A stretch of DNA of 64,000 nt from Vicugna vicugna (GCA_013265495.1 MU058463.1:1201523-1265522); one strand, 5' to 3'; shown: positions 1 to 12,436, numbered from the stretch's first letter. Numbers and translations: made by a program. Notes: generated by a model from the sequence alone, not told the origin.

Positions 1-1620
1 AGGAATGAAAAATATCCCTTCTGAGCACAAATGCAGAAGTCATCAAATATGGCAGAAAATAAATCCAACAATATAAAAGAAAGATTATGATGAAGTGGGA
101 TTTACCCAGGGCAAGACTGAATCAACATTGAAAGTCAATCAAGGGAATTCACTGTATCTATAGACTAAAGGAGAAAAGTCATATGATCATCTCCATAGAC
201 ACAGAGAAGCCATGTGAGAAAATTCAGTTTACATTCATGATAAAAACTCTCAGCATTAAAAAAAAAAGTTACTTCCTTAACCTGATGACAAACGTCATCT
301 ACAAAATATTCACAGATAAAATCTTAACAAAATGGTAAAAGACAGTACTTTCACAAAGATCAGGAATATGGTAGAGATGTTTACTTTCATCACTCTTATT
401 AAGCATCATATTGGAGTATAGTAAGAGAGGAACAGGAAGTGAAATGCATACAGATTGGAAAGGAGAAAGGAAGCATTGTATTTGCATATGATACTGTTGT
501 CTACATTAAAAAGTTTCAAAGATTATGAAAAAAATGAAATAGATCTAAGTATTGAGTTTAGTGTGTATAGATATAGATACATATATTCCTACATTATAAC
601 GATGAAAAACTGAAACGTAAAATTAAAATGCTATCTATGATAAAACCAATAATAAAAAATATTTATGGGTAAAGCTAATGTATTATAAGAAAAAATTTGG
701 CTGAAAATTACAAAACATTGATGACAGAATCAAAGAAAACTTAAATACATGGAGTGATTTATTGTATTCAAGGATTGAAAGATACATTTTTAAGATATCA
801 GTTTAAGATACCAGTTTTCTCCAATTCATCTGTAGTTTCAATGCAAACCCAAAGTCCTAGCAATCTTTCACTACAGAAATGAAGAAGCTGCTTCTAAAGT
901 GTATATGAAAAGGTAAAAACGTAGACGAGTTATAGCCATTTTTAAAAGAACAAAGTTAGAGGACTCACACCGAGTCTGATTTCCAAACTTACTATAAAGC
1001 TACAGAAATAAAAGCAGTGTAGTTTAGACAAAGTATATACATAGATCAGTGAAAGAATATGGAAACCAGAAATTGGTTTACTCAAATTTAGTTGGTTCAA
1101 CAAAGTTACCAAGGTAATTCAATGGAGAAAAAATAATCTTTTCAACTAACAGTGCTGGTAAGTTTGGACAGCCATGTGCCATGCTTCTTCTCCCCCACCC
1201 ACCACCCTGCCGCACACAAACACACTTCCTCAAGACATATTTCATGATATTCATATAACATAATGCAAAATGGATCATGCACTTAAATGTAACTTAAAGC
1301 TATGCAATGTCTAAGGTAAAATGTAGAAGAAATTCTTCTGACCTATTGTTAGGCAAAGAATTCTCAGGACACAAAATATGCAACCATAAAATAAAGGATT
1401 ATTATATTTTATCTAATAAAAATAGATTTTATCAAAACTAAAAACTTACTTTCAAAGGCACTGTTATAAAATTGAAAGAACAAGTCAATGCCTGGGAGGC
1501 ATGATTTGCCATTCACAAATTGAGTAAATGATGTCAGTCCAGAAGAAAGAAAAAGAAAACAATCTTACTTTTTAAAAAATTAGGAAAAAATGGTTTGAAT
1601 AAACACTTCAACAAAAAGGA
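1..1620 (+). mobile_element. Old degraded LINE-1 (L1M-type) ORF2 fragment
   Basis: L1 ORF2-like motifs (atatgatcatctccatagac, ccaaacttactataaagctacag, cttttcaactaacagtgctgg); many stops and indels. Confidence 0.85.
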
Positions 1621-1639
1621 AATAAGCATGAAAATAAGA

Positions 1640-1843
1640 GGGAAGATGGAGGAATAGGAAGCACCAGGAACCTACCTCCCCACCTAGATAACAATTGTAT
1701 GGGGAAGAATCTGTCTGATGTTCCAACTATTTTGGAAATCTGGGATTTATTGAAGGACTGCAACTTCTAAGAGAAGGCTTAGACTAAATTATGATTAAAT
1801 TAGGTCACTTTCAGCTCTTAGCAAGTAGCAGCTGTCCTATCCG
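1640..1843 (+). mobile_element. Old L1 5'UTR fragment (L1M4/L1MD-like)
   Basis: gggaagatggaggaataggaagcaccaggaacc...cccacctagataacaattg resembles ancient L1 5' ends. Confidence 0.6.
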
Positions 1844-1934
1844 TCATGAAGTAATGGTGGACTGGATGAGAAGCAGATGAATCAGCACAGCCATGGATAA
1901 TTTCACAGAGGAACAGGCCCCTATCAAAAGACTT
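1818..1934 (-). CDS. Candidate last visible exon (KSFDRGLFLCEIIHGCADSSASHPVHHYFMTDRTAATC*), running into an L1 fragment
   Basis: Long upstream pyrimidine tract, acceptor cttcag|AAG, phase 0 matches the preceding exon; KSFDRG resembles recalled IQCM KALDHG. Confidence 0.4.
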   Translation of the reverse strand, partial: KSFDRGLFLCEIIHGCADSSASHPVHHYFMTDRTAATC

Positions 1935-2771
1935 CTGAAGTTTTACGGATCACAGGGGCCAGTGTGAGGGAGATGGAGAAGGGTCAGAAGTGGGAAAATA
2001 AAAGAGTAAAGAGTCAGAGCAGAGAAAAGTGTCTTCCAGCTCCCCTCCCCATCATAAGGGAGTCTCTCCAGAATTGCCCCTTATTGCTCCATAAAAGTGA
2101 CACACCTGGGCTAGACAGGCAGGTATGTTTAAGAGTATGGCAGCCAGAGGGCTTTGAGTCCTTTACTACAACTCCCTTCAGAGACTGGGATGCACTGGCT
2201 GTGTACCAAGCCTGGAACAAGGAGGGCAGATTTCCTCTATGAAGCTGTCAAGTAAAGACACTGTAATCGCCAAGTCAGGCCAAAAGCAAAAAAAAAAAAA
2301 GCAGGTTTTTAGCTGGGAGCCAGACTCCTTGTGCTTCATGAAAGTTTTGTGTTATTTGTTTCTTTCTTTTTTTTAAATCAGAATCTGTGATACTCATAAG
2401 GAAATGAATAGCTTCTCATTATTTTGTAGACCTGATTCTGATCATATGCATAAGAATTACCTGTATTTTGGACAAACCCATTGGAAAAACTGAAATCAGG
2501 TCATGTAACATCTCTTTAGGATCTTTCCTAGATAACTTTTTACTACGTGACTATAATCTATTTAGGTTTTCTTTTGCCTTCTTAAATACATTTTAGAAAT
2601 TTATATTTTCTTAGGGTTTAATAAGGAAGAAAAGGAACAGTTTATGCACCTCAAATGTCAAGTATTTTAATATAGGGAATTACTAGTGCATGCATTTTGT
2701 AGCACATGGAAGCTGGCACTGACAACCTCAGCTTCCTGCACCAGCAACACAGGGGATTTCAGGAAGTTTAC

Positions 2772-2874
2772 CTGGAAGCGGTTGAGAACCCTCTGCCTGC
2801 TGTTCTTGCACACATCTGCCTGCAACTGCATATGACTTCGTCTTTCCACCTCATATCTCACATGAGGGCCTATC
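2772..2874 (-). CDS. Internal exon, 103 nt (IGPHVRYEVERRSHMQLQADVCKNSRQRVLNRFQ), degenerate IQ-like motif
   Basis: Acceptor ttcctgtccacgtcctag|G, donor CAG|gtaaac; only one frame open; first base completes the AA|G Lys codon from exon 3521-3656. Confidence 0.75.
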
Positions 2875-3520
2875 CTAGGACGTGGACAGGAATAAAGGCA
2901 TGAGGAGTATGAAAATTTACAACAGATACTGTGAGGTATGCAGAAGAGGATCAACACAAAGTGAAAACAATTGTGAAAAGAAGGTATGATGCTTTATTAG
3001 ATAAACACACAGTGGAGTTAATAAGATTGCCCCTAATTCCATAATCTTACATTCTACCCAAGAGGGGTTGACTCTATGCCTGTGGGACTAGTAGGCTTTG
3101 CATTACACATGGCATGAATAGTAGGAGGTCCAGGAAATCTTAAGCAAGAGAGGAATTAACACGTTTAGTTAATTACCACCATGAGGAAAAAAAAAATAAG
3201 TGTTCAAAGCAACACTTCAACAGATGGTTAATCAACACTGTCATCTTCCTACCTGGAAAATATTAGGGATAATAAATTCATAAATACAAGGAAAATTGGT
3301 AGAGAAATATCAACTGAAAGTCACTGTCACTTTGTAAGAAAATGAGATCTTTTAGATATTATTTTGAAGATTAACATAGTGCTCTACATAAAATATTGGT
3401 CCAGAAATGATATGTTTTTCAAAGACATTTTCAGATTAAAAATCACATTGCCTAGAAAAAGTAGAGGAATGCCAAATAATTACTATAAACATATTTAGGT
3501 GACCCATATTAAAAATGTAC

Positions 3521-3656
3521 TTCTTTTTCTTCTTTTGTATTAAAGCACCCAATGCAGAAGCTTGGCCATTTTTAAATTTTGTACTAGACTTTTGCCTTTC
3601 ATCTAATTCCTCTAAAAATCTGTGCCATGACATAACTCTCCATTCGTCAGGTCTGT
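3521..3656 (-). CDS. Internal exon, 136 nt (RPDEWRVMSWHRFLEELDERQKSSTKFKNGQASALGALIQKKKKK)
   Basis: Acceptor cttgcattacccag|AC, donor AAGAA|gtacat; open frame, phase 1->2, joins in frame to 2772-2874. Confidence 0.7.
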
Positions 3657-4839
3657 CTGGGTAATGCAAGTCAATTAAATTTCAGCAGAACATGTAATTA
3701 CTGTTGGGAGTCCCTCTTCAAGATTTTTCAGTTTCTCTTTAGGGATTTAGAACTGAACAATGAATAATTTTGGTTTGATTAAAATTCAAGTATCAAATCC
3801 CTAAAGGCTCATTTTACAGAAATCTGCCAGTCAATTGACAGACTCATAAACCTCTTGCTCACTCTGTGACTATCCTTTCCCCAATGTTATAAGCCCCCAG
3901 TGAAGGACTTTTGTTTGCTGATATTTCATCCCACATATCTTGTAGCTTGGAAATCTTATAATGAAAGAAGTGACATACTATTCCAATTTAATAAGTTGTG
4001 TGCAGGAAGCACTATAGTCCCAATATGCACTAGACTCTCTTATGAATAAGAAGACAATGTATTGATCTTCTTTCTTCTAATATTATAATACATAATATGT
4101 TTATATATAGTTTGCATTGCACTTGAAAAATAAGTGACCTTCTAACTAAAACTAACAGTGGATATAAGAGTATTTGCTTAAATAAATAAATGTTTATAAT
4201 CAATGTTGTAGGCAAGCCATCTGATCAAAGTAGAAAGGAGAATAATACAAACATGTTTTCTGTCATAACAGGCCTTATAGGCTAGTGGGGAAGGCAAAAG
4301 CTTTAATAAGAGAATGCTGTCATGTGAGAGAGACGTACTGACCAGGCAAGTGAAGGCTATGACAAGATGACTCCCAATGATAAGACATCAAGAAAAGTTT
4401 AACTGATGCTGAGCTGACACTTGAGGAATGAATAGATTAGCAAATTGAGCTTGCGAATATGTGGCTAGATGCCTTAGACATGTGTTGTGGGGAGACCATG
4501 GAGACGGAGAGGATTATGCAAGTGAAAGAAATAGTGTGCGAGTTTCAGTGCCTAGAGGAAGCAGCATACTTTGTAAGAACTACAATCTATTTCGTAGAGA
4601 TTGCCAGGTATAAGGGATCCAGATTAGTAAATGAATAAATGAATATATTCCAAAAGTAAAATATAGGCTTTATTTTAGGGAAAATAGAAATGAACTGATT
4701 TTTAAAGAGGGAAGTGACAAATTACTTAGAATTACTGTAAACCTTAATATGTCCTCCATAATCAGAAAGTATATTAGACTTCATGTAGAGTGACCAACCA
4801 AATGCAGCACTTGAATACTGTCAAAGGTGAAGACTGTAC

Positions 4840-4912
4840 CTGTAATTTTCACACTTGGAAAATATGGTCACAGTTTGCTTCCCACTTCTGACCGGGCCAA
4901 TGTTTGCACATA
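4840..4912 (-). pseudogene. Possible 73-nt exon (YVQTLARSEVGSKL*PYFPSVKIT) with an in-frame TGA
   Basis: tag|TAT ... CAG|gtacag; phase 0->1 exactly bridges exon 9013-9182 and exon 3521-3656; weak pyrimidine tract; TGA at 4870-4868. Confidence 0.3.
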
Positions 4913-5292
4913 CTATGAATTTAGTTATATTAACAAATATCATAGTGTCCTAGGTGGGGAATGTTGTCCACAAAGGTACCAGTTAGCATAAAGTCAAAGG
5001 AATAAACAGTTTTAAAATCCATTGAATATGCAAGTTGGTAAATACCTTAAGAAAGAAAAGTATGACTAGATATTTTATCTTCAGAGGAATGATCTAGGCA
5101 TTCAAGTTGGATGCCCAACTTGAGTCTTGCTACCTAAACTGGTAAGCAAAGGGCTTATTTAAGGAAAGAGTAAAGGAATTGAATATAAAGAGTGTAAAAA
5201 TCCCCCCCTCCCCAGCCAAAGTGACATAAATGTCATCTGTGGTCAAGTTGTGAAAATCCAATAGCATGCTGAAGAGTTGGAGTGGTCCTCAG

Positions 5293-5759
5293 TGTCGACT
5301 GAAATAAATGCACAGTCTAAAAGTTATGTTTTATTTGGCGGGAGGACTCAAGCTGGGATGACAGCCCCTCAGATGGCTCTGAGAGACTGGTCTGAAGAGG
5401 TAGGGGAGGAGCTAGGATATATAGGAGCTTTACAACAAAGACCAGGTAGTTGGAACAATAAAAGATTGCTTGTTATCTAAAGAAAACCAGGCATCTCAAG
5501 TTAAAGAATTTAGTGCTTTTCTATGTATGGGAGGAAGCAGACATTTGGGCTCACTGAATTCATTCCTTTGACAAGCACCTAGCTATCTAGGGCCAGTATC
5601 CTGTCCTTTCTTATTCTGAGTCCCCTCAGGGTGCACCATTGTGAGTAGCTGCAGAGGCTGGGCTGCAGGCCTGTCTTCACTGGGGGGTGGCAGCAGCTGC
5701 TGCTGACTTGGCGTCAGCATTCTTTGTTTACTGATATGGTTGCAGTATTTTTGTTCACA
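5293..5759 (-). mobile_element. ERV1-class solo LTR (467 bp)
   Basis: TG...CA termini with a perfect 4-bp TSD tcag (5289-5292 / 5760-5763); minus-strand AATAAA near the left end. Confidence 0.85.
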
Positions 5760-6159
5760 TCAGTATCACTAAGATTAATGGGGACCATGGTATATTGTCT
5801 TTTATACCTAAGAAGTTTTAGTAGAACCATCTTATGAATGGTTTATGAATCAGAATAATGTTCAAGATATGTAAAGAGGTAAGATTTAAATTCAGTCATA
5901 ATTTCACCATCTTATAACCGAAGTATAATAAAAATGTTAAATATGTGTACTCTTATAATAATATGTCCTATATATGGTCAAGACTCTTAGAATATTAATA
6001 GAATGTCCTACATATGGGCAAAACAAGTAATGCAGGTTCTGATGTATCCTAGATACACAGCTTAAATGGAATTATGGAAGAATGGCATAATGATTGTAAT
6101 GATTCCAGAAACCATAGAGTAACAAGGGATGTTTCTAAGTGCATTACCTATGTTACTAA

Positions 6160-6360
6160 TTCTAATACTACTATTTTTTATGTGCCAAGCACTATGGAAA
6201 AGGTTTTACCTGGATTATCTTGTTTTTCTTCAAAGCAATCTAATTTTTGTTACTATCCCCATTTTACAAATGAAGTTTCTAAGGTATAAAGTGGTTTAAA
6301 ATCTTTCCCAATTCCCACAATGCCAGATGCAGGATTCTGAGCAAGATTTGAACTTAAAAT
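6160..6360 (-). mobile_element. MIR SINE remnant
   Basis: tgtgccaagcactatg...tactatccccattttacaaatgaagtttctaagg MIR core. Confidence 0.65.
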
Positions 6361-6404
6361 CAGTATTTTTATTTTCTAAATATCCTATCTTGTAGTCAAA
6401 TGAG

Positions 6405-6580
6405 AAAGCCAGCTTATAATGGTTCTTGAGAGGGCAATATTCAGTTTTCAGAGATTTCCATATCATGTTGGTAACTTGAAATCATCTGTGATGGAGGTAT
6501 TTAGATCGCAAAAATCTAAAAACACCACAGATAAGGGCCATTTTTTTTGAGAGCTTGTTGTTAAACATTTACCATACACA
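6405..6580. mobile_element. MER63-like hAT DNA transposon remnant
   Basis: catgttggtaacttgaaatc...gagagcttgttgttaaacatttacca resembles MER63 ends. Confidence 0.6.
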
Positions 6581-6821
6581 TGGATGTATTGAGCCTATTA
6601 AGCCATGTAGGTTATAATCAGAGGAGAGGCAAACTAAAGTATGGTCATAGAGTGTGTCAGTCTGTGTGTGTGTCTTATGTGTGTATATTCTGCAGTATGC
6701 TGAGAAGTCATTTTTGTATTTCTATGATGAACAGAACTTGGGAGATGAATAATGTAAGCCATATCACAGAGGGGCCTTAATTTAGAACGTAGATGTCTGA
6801 GCAGCCCACACTGTATATCTC

Positions 6822-6844
6822 TGTGTGTGTGTGTGTGTGTGTGT
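6822..6844. repeat. (TG)n microsatellite
   Basis: Direct read. Confidence 0.95.
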
Positions 6845-7231
6845 ATGTTGGGGTGGGGGTGGTGATTAAGAGTAAGGCAAGTTACTTAACTAGAGGCAGA
6901 ATAATTTGGTTTTGTTATAAAAAAAAATAAAGTAATACATTGCACTAGAATTTATCAGAGTAAGGTTGTGATTATATTATTGGAATGTCCTGAGTATCAG
7001 TGAAAAATTTCGTACCCAGTAAAATGTGCACAGGAGACAAGGAAAGGTTAAGAACTGAAGCAGGCAGCTAAAAATAGAGGTGTTGCACTATGGGAAGTCA
7101 CTGCTGACCAGGAGAAAAGCTCTGGTCTGATGAGGAGTACAAGTATAGGCTTCCAAAAGTTCAGGCAAAAACTGGCAGAAAATCTACCATGGCACTGGCT
7201 TTGAAATCTGAATGCTTGCTTCTGATGACCT

Positions 7232-7540
7232 TGTAACAAACAGACTGCCAGATACTTCTCCAGCAGAGATGGGTTTATTCAGGATCATCAGAGAATTGCA
7301 ATTTGGGGTCTGCAATCATGGTAAGCCACATGCACGTCCCCAGGGCAAGAAAAAGAGAATGCTTTTATGGGAGGAAAAGGATGTTGGGAGGGCATCAGTA
7401 AACAGGGGGTCCAAGACTTTTCATTAGTTCAGTCCTTGCCAGAAAAGGAGTCTTTCTTTGTCTTTCTTCTTCCTGTTGGGATGGACTATTGTGTATGGCA
7501 TGAAATCTCCCCCTTCTGGTCTTCCACTCTATTTAATACA
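7232..7540 (-). mobile_element. LTR-like element inside duplication copy 1 (second copy ~10005-10313)
   Basis: Begins tgtaacaaac, ends ...taataca, minus-strand AATAAA (gggtttattc) near the left end; no clear TSD. Confidence 0.5.
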
Positions 7541-9012
7541 GGTTTCTGGGGTTTTGGGGGTTTACTTTCTTTTGCTAAAATTTGTATTGTAGGAACTCGG
7601 AATAGAAACACTGTACAAAATCTCCCTTGTTTCTATTAGCACTTTAATTACAGACTAACTTTACTTGTAAGAGAAAGCACCACAATTTTATAAAACAATA
7701 GAAAAAATATTTAGAATAATCTATTTAAGCTAAAGGATACAAAGCTAAAAGTTTAACATAATCATTAGAGTTGTTTGGCATGTAGACGCATTTAGATTCC
7801 AAATTCACATGCTGGTTATTAGGGAACTTTTAGTCATTTGATTAGTGTAAATTAGCTTTAGCCTATTAAGTTCTTCCATCACGAAGCTGAACATAATTTG
7901 AATATTCACACCGAAGTATGGTTTTTCTATGGAATAATTCTTGAATCTTTATAATTAGCAATTACTAAAATAATCCTTTTAAAAGACCCTCCTGATCCAA
8001 GAACTGATTACTATGGCATTACTCATCAGATGAAGAGCTATTTAAAAAAATTATTACTTCTCAATGTCTCTGCATCTGGATAGGCAGCAAAAAGTTTATT
8101 AAGTCTTTGAATTCAAATTCATGGAATATACATGATCTCACATTGCATATTAAGAACAGAAATGACTGTAAAAATGAGTGTTTGTTTTCCTTTTTGTTTT
8201 CCTAACATTTTTAATTCTATACTTTTTTAAAAAAGTGACATTATATTTTAAGAACATTTTGGAATTTACCAGATGCTTTCACATTCATCAATTTGCTTGG
8301 TAATCATACCTAGAAATTCTATGAGACGGCAAAATAAATATAATAGAGACTTTGTGAATGAAGAAATCAAGACACAAAAATATTAAGAAGCTCTTCCCCA
8401 AAATCATCACAGGGGACTACAAACAAATGTATCCTTTTATATAACCCTCTTTTCCCACTACCCTGAGAATTTGTAGCTTGGGTTTGTGCATTTGTATCAT
8501 GAACTACTGTTCAACATTTAGATGTCCTCAGAAAGGGAAAAAGAGGGAGCAGAAGAAAATTAGAGTGAAAGGCAAAAATAACAACGAAAATGAAAAAAAG
8601 AAAAAAAATTTAGTTAGATAATTCTAAAATTCAGCATTTCATAGTGACTGGACGTGTTTGCTGTTTGTGAGTAATTCAAAGTCCAGCTGGAAATTTCCCT
8701 GTATTTTGTTTCTTGGGTCAGTTTTTTTTGTAAGTTTAATCATAACTTTTTTTTTATATAAAGTTGTAGCAAGATAACATTTTGTGAAGCAAAAGTTGCT
8801 GAGTAGCGTATTCTTTTTTATTGGAGCATTTCTCTAAAAACTGAGTAAATTAGAATTTACTCTGCAATAATGTATAAAACAGATAGATACATTGCGATAC
8901 AGAGGGAGAAGATATACAGCATTATCTCCACATGCTCTTTGAAAATGCTATCATTCATTTTAGTATTCAAACAAAGAGTAATTTGTAAAAGTTGTGTGTT
9001 CTGCAGAGTCAC

Positions 9013-9182
9013 TTTGTTAAGTTGCTTAAGCTCATTGATTTCTTTAGGGACGACTTCAACTGCCAGGCACTTCAGGGCACTTCCTGAGGGCAGCTCATTT
9101 GACAGTAATTTGGGGAAACATACTTGTCTGAGTATCAATTTCCTATCACCTTACATGCTATCTCTATGAATTATTAAAGCAA
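9013..9182 (-). pseudogene. 170-nt exon (ALIIHRDSM*GDRKLILRQVCFPKLLSNELPSGSALKCLAVEVVPKEINELKQLNK) with in-frame TAA, copy 1
   Basis: Strong acceptor tgttctcctttcttacag|TT, donor AAA|gtgact; TAA at 9153-9151; LRQVCFPKLLS resembles recalled IQCM LRRICFPKELS. Confidence 0.6.
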
Positions 9183-9665
9183 CTGTAAGAAAGGAGAACA
9201 CAGTGATTTTCAAGATGCAGTACTTCCTAATGCTTTATCTGACTACAGTAAAAATAAGATTTTCTCTAAAGCCATGATCCATTAAAGCCTGTATAATTTG
9301 GTCACTATTTCTTGAGTCATCTTCTTTTATAAATGTCCACCAGTCTGATAGGACTTTGCTCTAACAATGAGACATAAAAATCCCACATACTATTTAGTGG
9401 CTTAATGCTTCAAATGAGTATTTTTTTTTGCAGCATTTTAATTTTACAGAGAAGAATAAACCAGAGAAATTAAATGACTCTCCAATTCATCCAGGTAATT
9501 TAGTGACAAACAGCAGAGAAGTGTTGGCAGTTTTTACTTGTCTCTGTTCTTTATTGTGCCATCTGAGAAGCCTTGGACTCCTTAGTTCTTACAGGGTCAA
9601 TTGCATTTTTTTCAGAAAGCATCTTGCTGATAATTTTGCATTTATTGATATTCTCTTTATGGTGA

Positions 9666-12436
9666 AGAGGCAGAAAATTTGGTTTTGTTATAAAAAAAAA
9701 TAAAGTAATACATTGCACTAGAATTTATCAGAGTAAGGTTGTGATTATATTATTGGAATGTCCTGAGTATCAGTGAAAAATTTCGTACCCAGTAAAATGT
9801 GCACAGGAGACAAGGAAAGGTTAAGAACTGAAGCAGGCAGCTAAAAATAGAGGTGTTGCACTATGGGAAGTCACTGCTGACCAGGAGAAAAGCTCTGGTC
9901 TGATGAGGAGTACAAGTATAGGCTTCCAAAAGTTCAGGCAAAAACTGGCAGAAAATCTACCATGGCACTGGCTTTGAAATCTGAATGCTTGCTTCTGATG
10001 ACCTTGTAACAAACAGACTGCCAGATACTTCTCCAGCAGAGATGGGTTTATTCAGGATCATCAGAGAATTGCAATTTGGGGTCTGCAATCATGGTAAGCC
10101 ACATGCACGTCCCCAGGGCAAGAAAAAGAGAATGCTTTTATGGGAGGAAAAGGATGTTGGGAGGGCATCAGTAAACAGGGGGTCCAAGACTTTTCATTAG
10201 TTCAGTCCTTGCCAGAAAAGGAGTCTTTCTTTGTCTTTCTTCTTCCTGTTGGGATGGACTATTGTGTATGGCATGAAATCTCCCCCTTCTGGTCTTCCAC
10301 TCTATTTAATACAGGTTTCTGGGGTTTTGGGGGTTTACTTTCTTTTGCTAAAATTTGTATTGTAGGAACTCGGAATAGAAACACTGTACAAAATCTCCCT
10401 TGTTTCTATTAGCACTTTAATTACAGACTAACTTTACTTGTAAGAGAAAGCACCACAATTTTATAAAACAATAGAAAAAATATTTAGAATAATCTATTTA
10501 AGCTAAAGGATACAAAGCTAAAAGTTTAACATAATCATTAGAGTTGTTTGGCATGTAGATGCATTTAGATTCCAAATTCACATGCTGGTTATTAGGGAAC
10601 TTTTAGTCATTTGATTAGTGTAAATTAGCTTTAGCCTATTAAGTTCTTCCATCACGAAGCTGAACATAATTTGAATATTCACACCGAAGTATGGTTTTTC
10701 TATGGAATAATTCTTGAATCTTTATAATTAGCAATTACTAAAATAATCCTTTTAAAAGACCCTCCTGATCCAAGAACTGATTACTATGGCATTACTCATC
10801 AGATGAAGAGCTATTTAAAAAAATTATTACTTCTCAATGTCTCTGCATCTGGATAGGCAGCAAAAAGTTTATTAAGTCTTTGAATTCAAATTCATGGAAT
10901 ATACATGATCTCACATTGCATATTAAGAACAGAAATGACTGTAAAAATGAGTGTTTGTTTTCCTTTTTGTTTTCCTAACATTTTTAATTCTATACTTTTT
11001 TAAAAAAGTGACATTATATTTTAAGAACATTTTGGAATTTACCAGATGCTTTCACATTCATCAATTTGCTTGGTAATCATACCTAGAAATTCTATGAGAC
11101 GGCAAAATAAATATAATAGAGACTTTGTGAATGAAGAAATCAAGACACAAAAATATTAAGAAGCTCTTCCCCAAAATCATCACAGGGGACTACAAACAAA
11201 TGTATCCTTTTATATAACCCTCTTTTCCCACTACCCTGAGAATTTGTAGCTTGGGTTTGTGCATTTGTATCATGAACTACTGTTCAACATTTAGATGTCC
11301 TCAGAAAGGGAAAAAGAGGGAGCAGAAGAAAATTAGAGTGAAAGGCAAAAATAACAACGAAAATGAAAAAAAGAAAAAAAATTTAGTTAGATAATTCTAA
11401 AATTCAGCATTTCATAGTGACTGGACGTGTTTGCTGTTTGTGAGTAATTCAAAGTCCAGCTGGAAATTTCCCTGTATTTTGTTTCTTGGGTCAGTTTTTT
11501 TTGTAAGTTTAATCATAACTTTTTTTTTATATAAAGTTGTAGCAAGATAACATTTTGTGAAGCAAAAGTTGCTGAGTAGCGTATTCTTTTTTATTGGAGC
11601 ATTTCTCTAAAAACTGAGTAAATTAGAATTTACTCTGCAATAATGTATAAAACAGATAGATACATTGCAATCCAGAGGGAGAAGATATACAGCATTATCT
11701 CCACATGCTCTTTGAAAATGCTATCATTCATTTTAGTATTCAAACAAAGAGTAATTTGTAAAAGTTGTGTGTTCTGCAGAGTCACTTTGTTAAGTTGCTT
11801 AAGCTCATTGATTTCTTTAGGGACGACTTCAACTGCCAGGCACTTTAGGGCACTTCCTGAGGGCAGCTCATTTGACAGTAATTTGGGGAAACATACTTGT
11901 CTGAGTATCAATTTCCTATCACCTTACATGCTATCTCTATGAATTATTAAAGCAACTGTAAGAAAGGAGAACACAGTGATTTTCAAGATGCAGTACTTCC
12001 TATGCTTTATCTGACTACAGTAAAAATAAGATTTTCTCTAAAGCCATGATCCATTAAAGCCTGTGTAATTTGGTCACTATTTCTTGAGTCATCTTCTTTT
12101 ATAAATGTCCACCAGTCTGATAGGACTTTGCTCTAACAATGAGACATAAAAATCCCACATACTATTTAGTGGCTTAATGCTTCAAATGAGTATTTTTTTT
12201 TGCAGCATTTTAATTTTACAGAGAAGAATAAACCAGAGAAATTAAATGACTCTCCAATTCATCCAGGTAATTTAGTGACAAACAGCAGAGAAGTGTTGGC
12301 AGTTTTTACTTGTCTCTGTTCTTTATTGTGCCATCTGAGAAGCCTTGGACTCCTTAGTTCTTACAGGGTTAATTGCATTTTTTTCAGAAAGCATCTTGCT
12401 GATAATTTTGCATTTATTGATATTCTCTTTATGGTG
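9666..12436 (+). repeat. 2.77-kb tandem duplication, copy 2
   Basis: About 9 differences from copy 1 seen by eye; junction ...ctttatggtg-a-agaggcaga... Confidence 0.98.
11786..11955 (-). pseudogene. Duplicate of the 170-nt stop-containing exon, copy 2
   Basis: Same splice sites; TAA at 11926-11924; one synonymous CTG/CTA difference. Confidence 0.6.

Larger units (their letters stand above)
6892..9664 (+). repeat. 2.77-kb tandem duplication, copy 1
   Basis: Sequence and ORF track repeat at an offset of ~2773 (e.g. ORFs 7212/9985 and 8870/11643). Confidence 0.98.

Noticed and set aside
2461..2580. Minus-strand 120-nt exon candidate (KAKENLNRL*SRSKKLSRKDPKEM...) with a good donor CAG|gtaatt
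   Set aside because: Weak acceptor, internal TAG, and the recalled IQCM similarity runs directly from exon 2772-2874 to the exon at 1934 without it; not excluded as a cassette exon
5950..6025. Imperfect ~40-bp tandem repeat; similar small duplications at 790-816, 26580-26608 and 43861-43897
   Set aside because: Ordinary slippage-type micro-duplications; no repeat-spacer structure (not CRISPR-like; the sequence is mammalian)
9013..9182. Reading this as a normal terminal exon ending ALIIHRDSM* with AATAAA near 8820
   Set aside because: The best protein-like similarity lies after the stop in the same frame and phase-compatible exons continue downstream; kept only as an alternative
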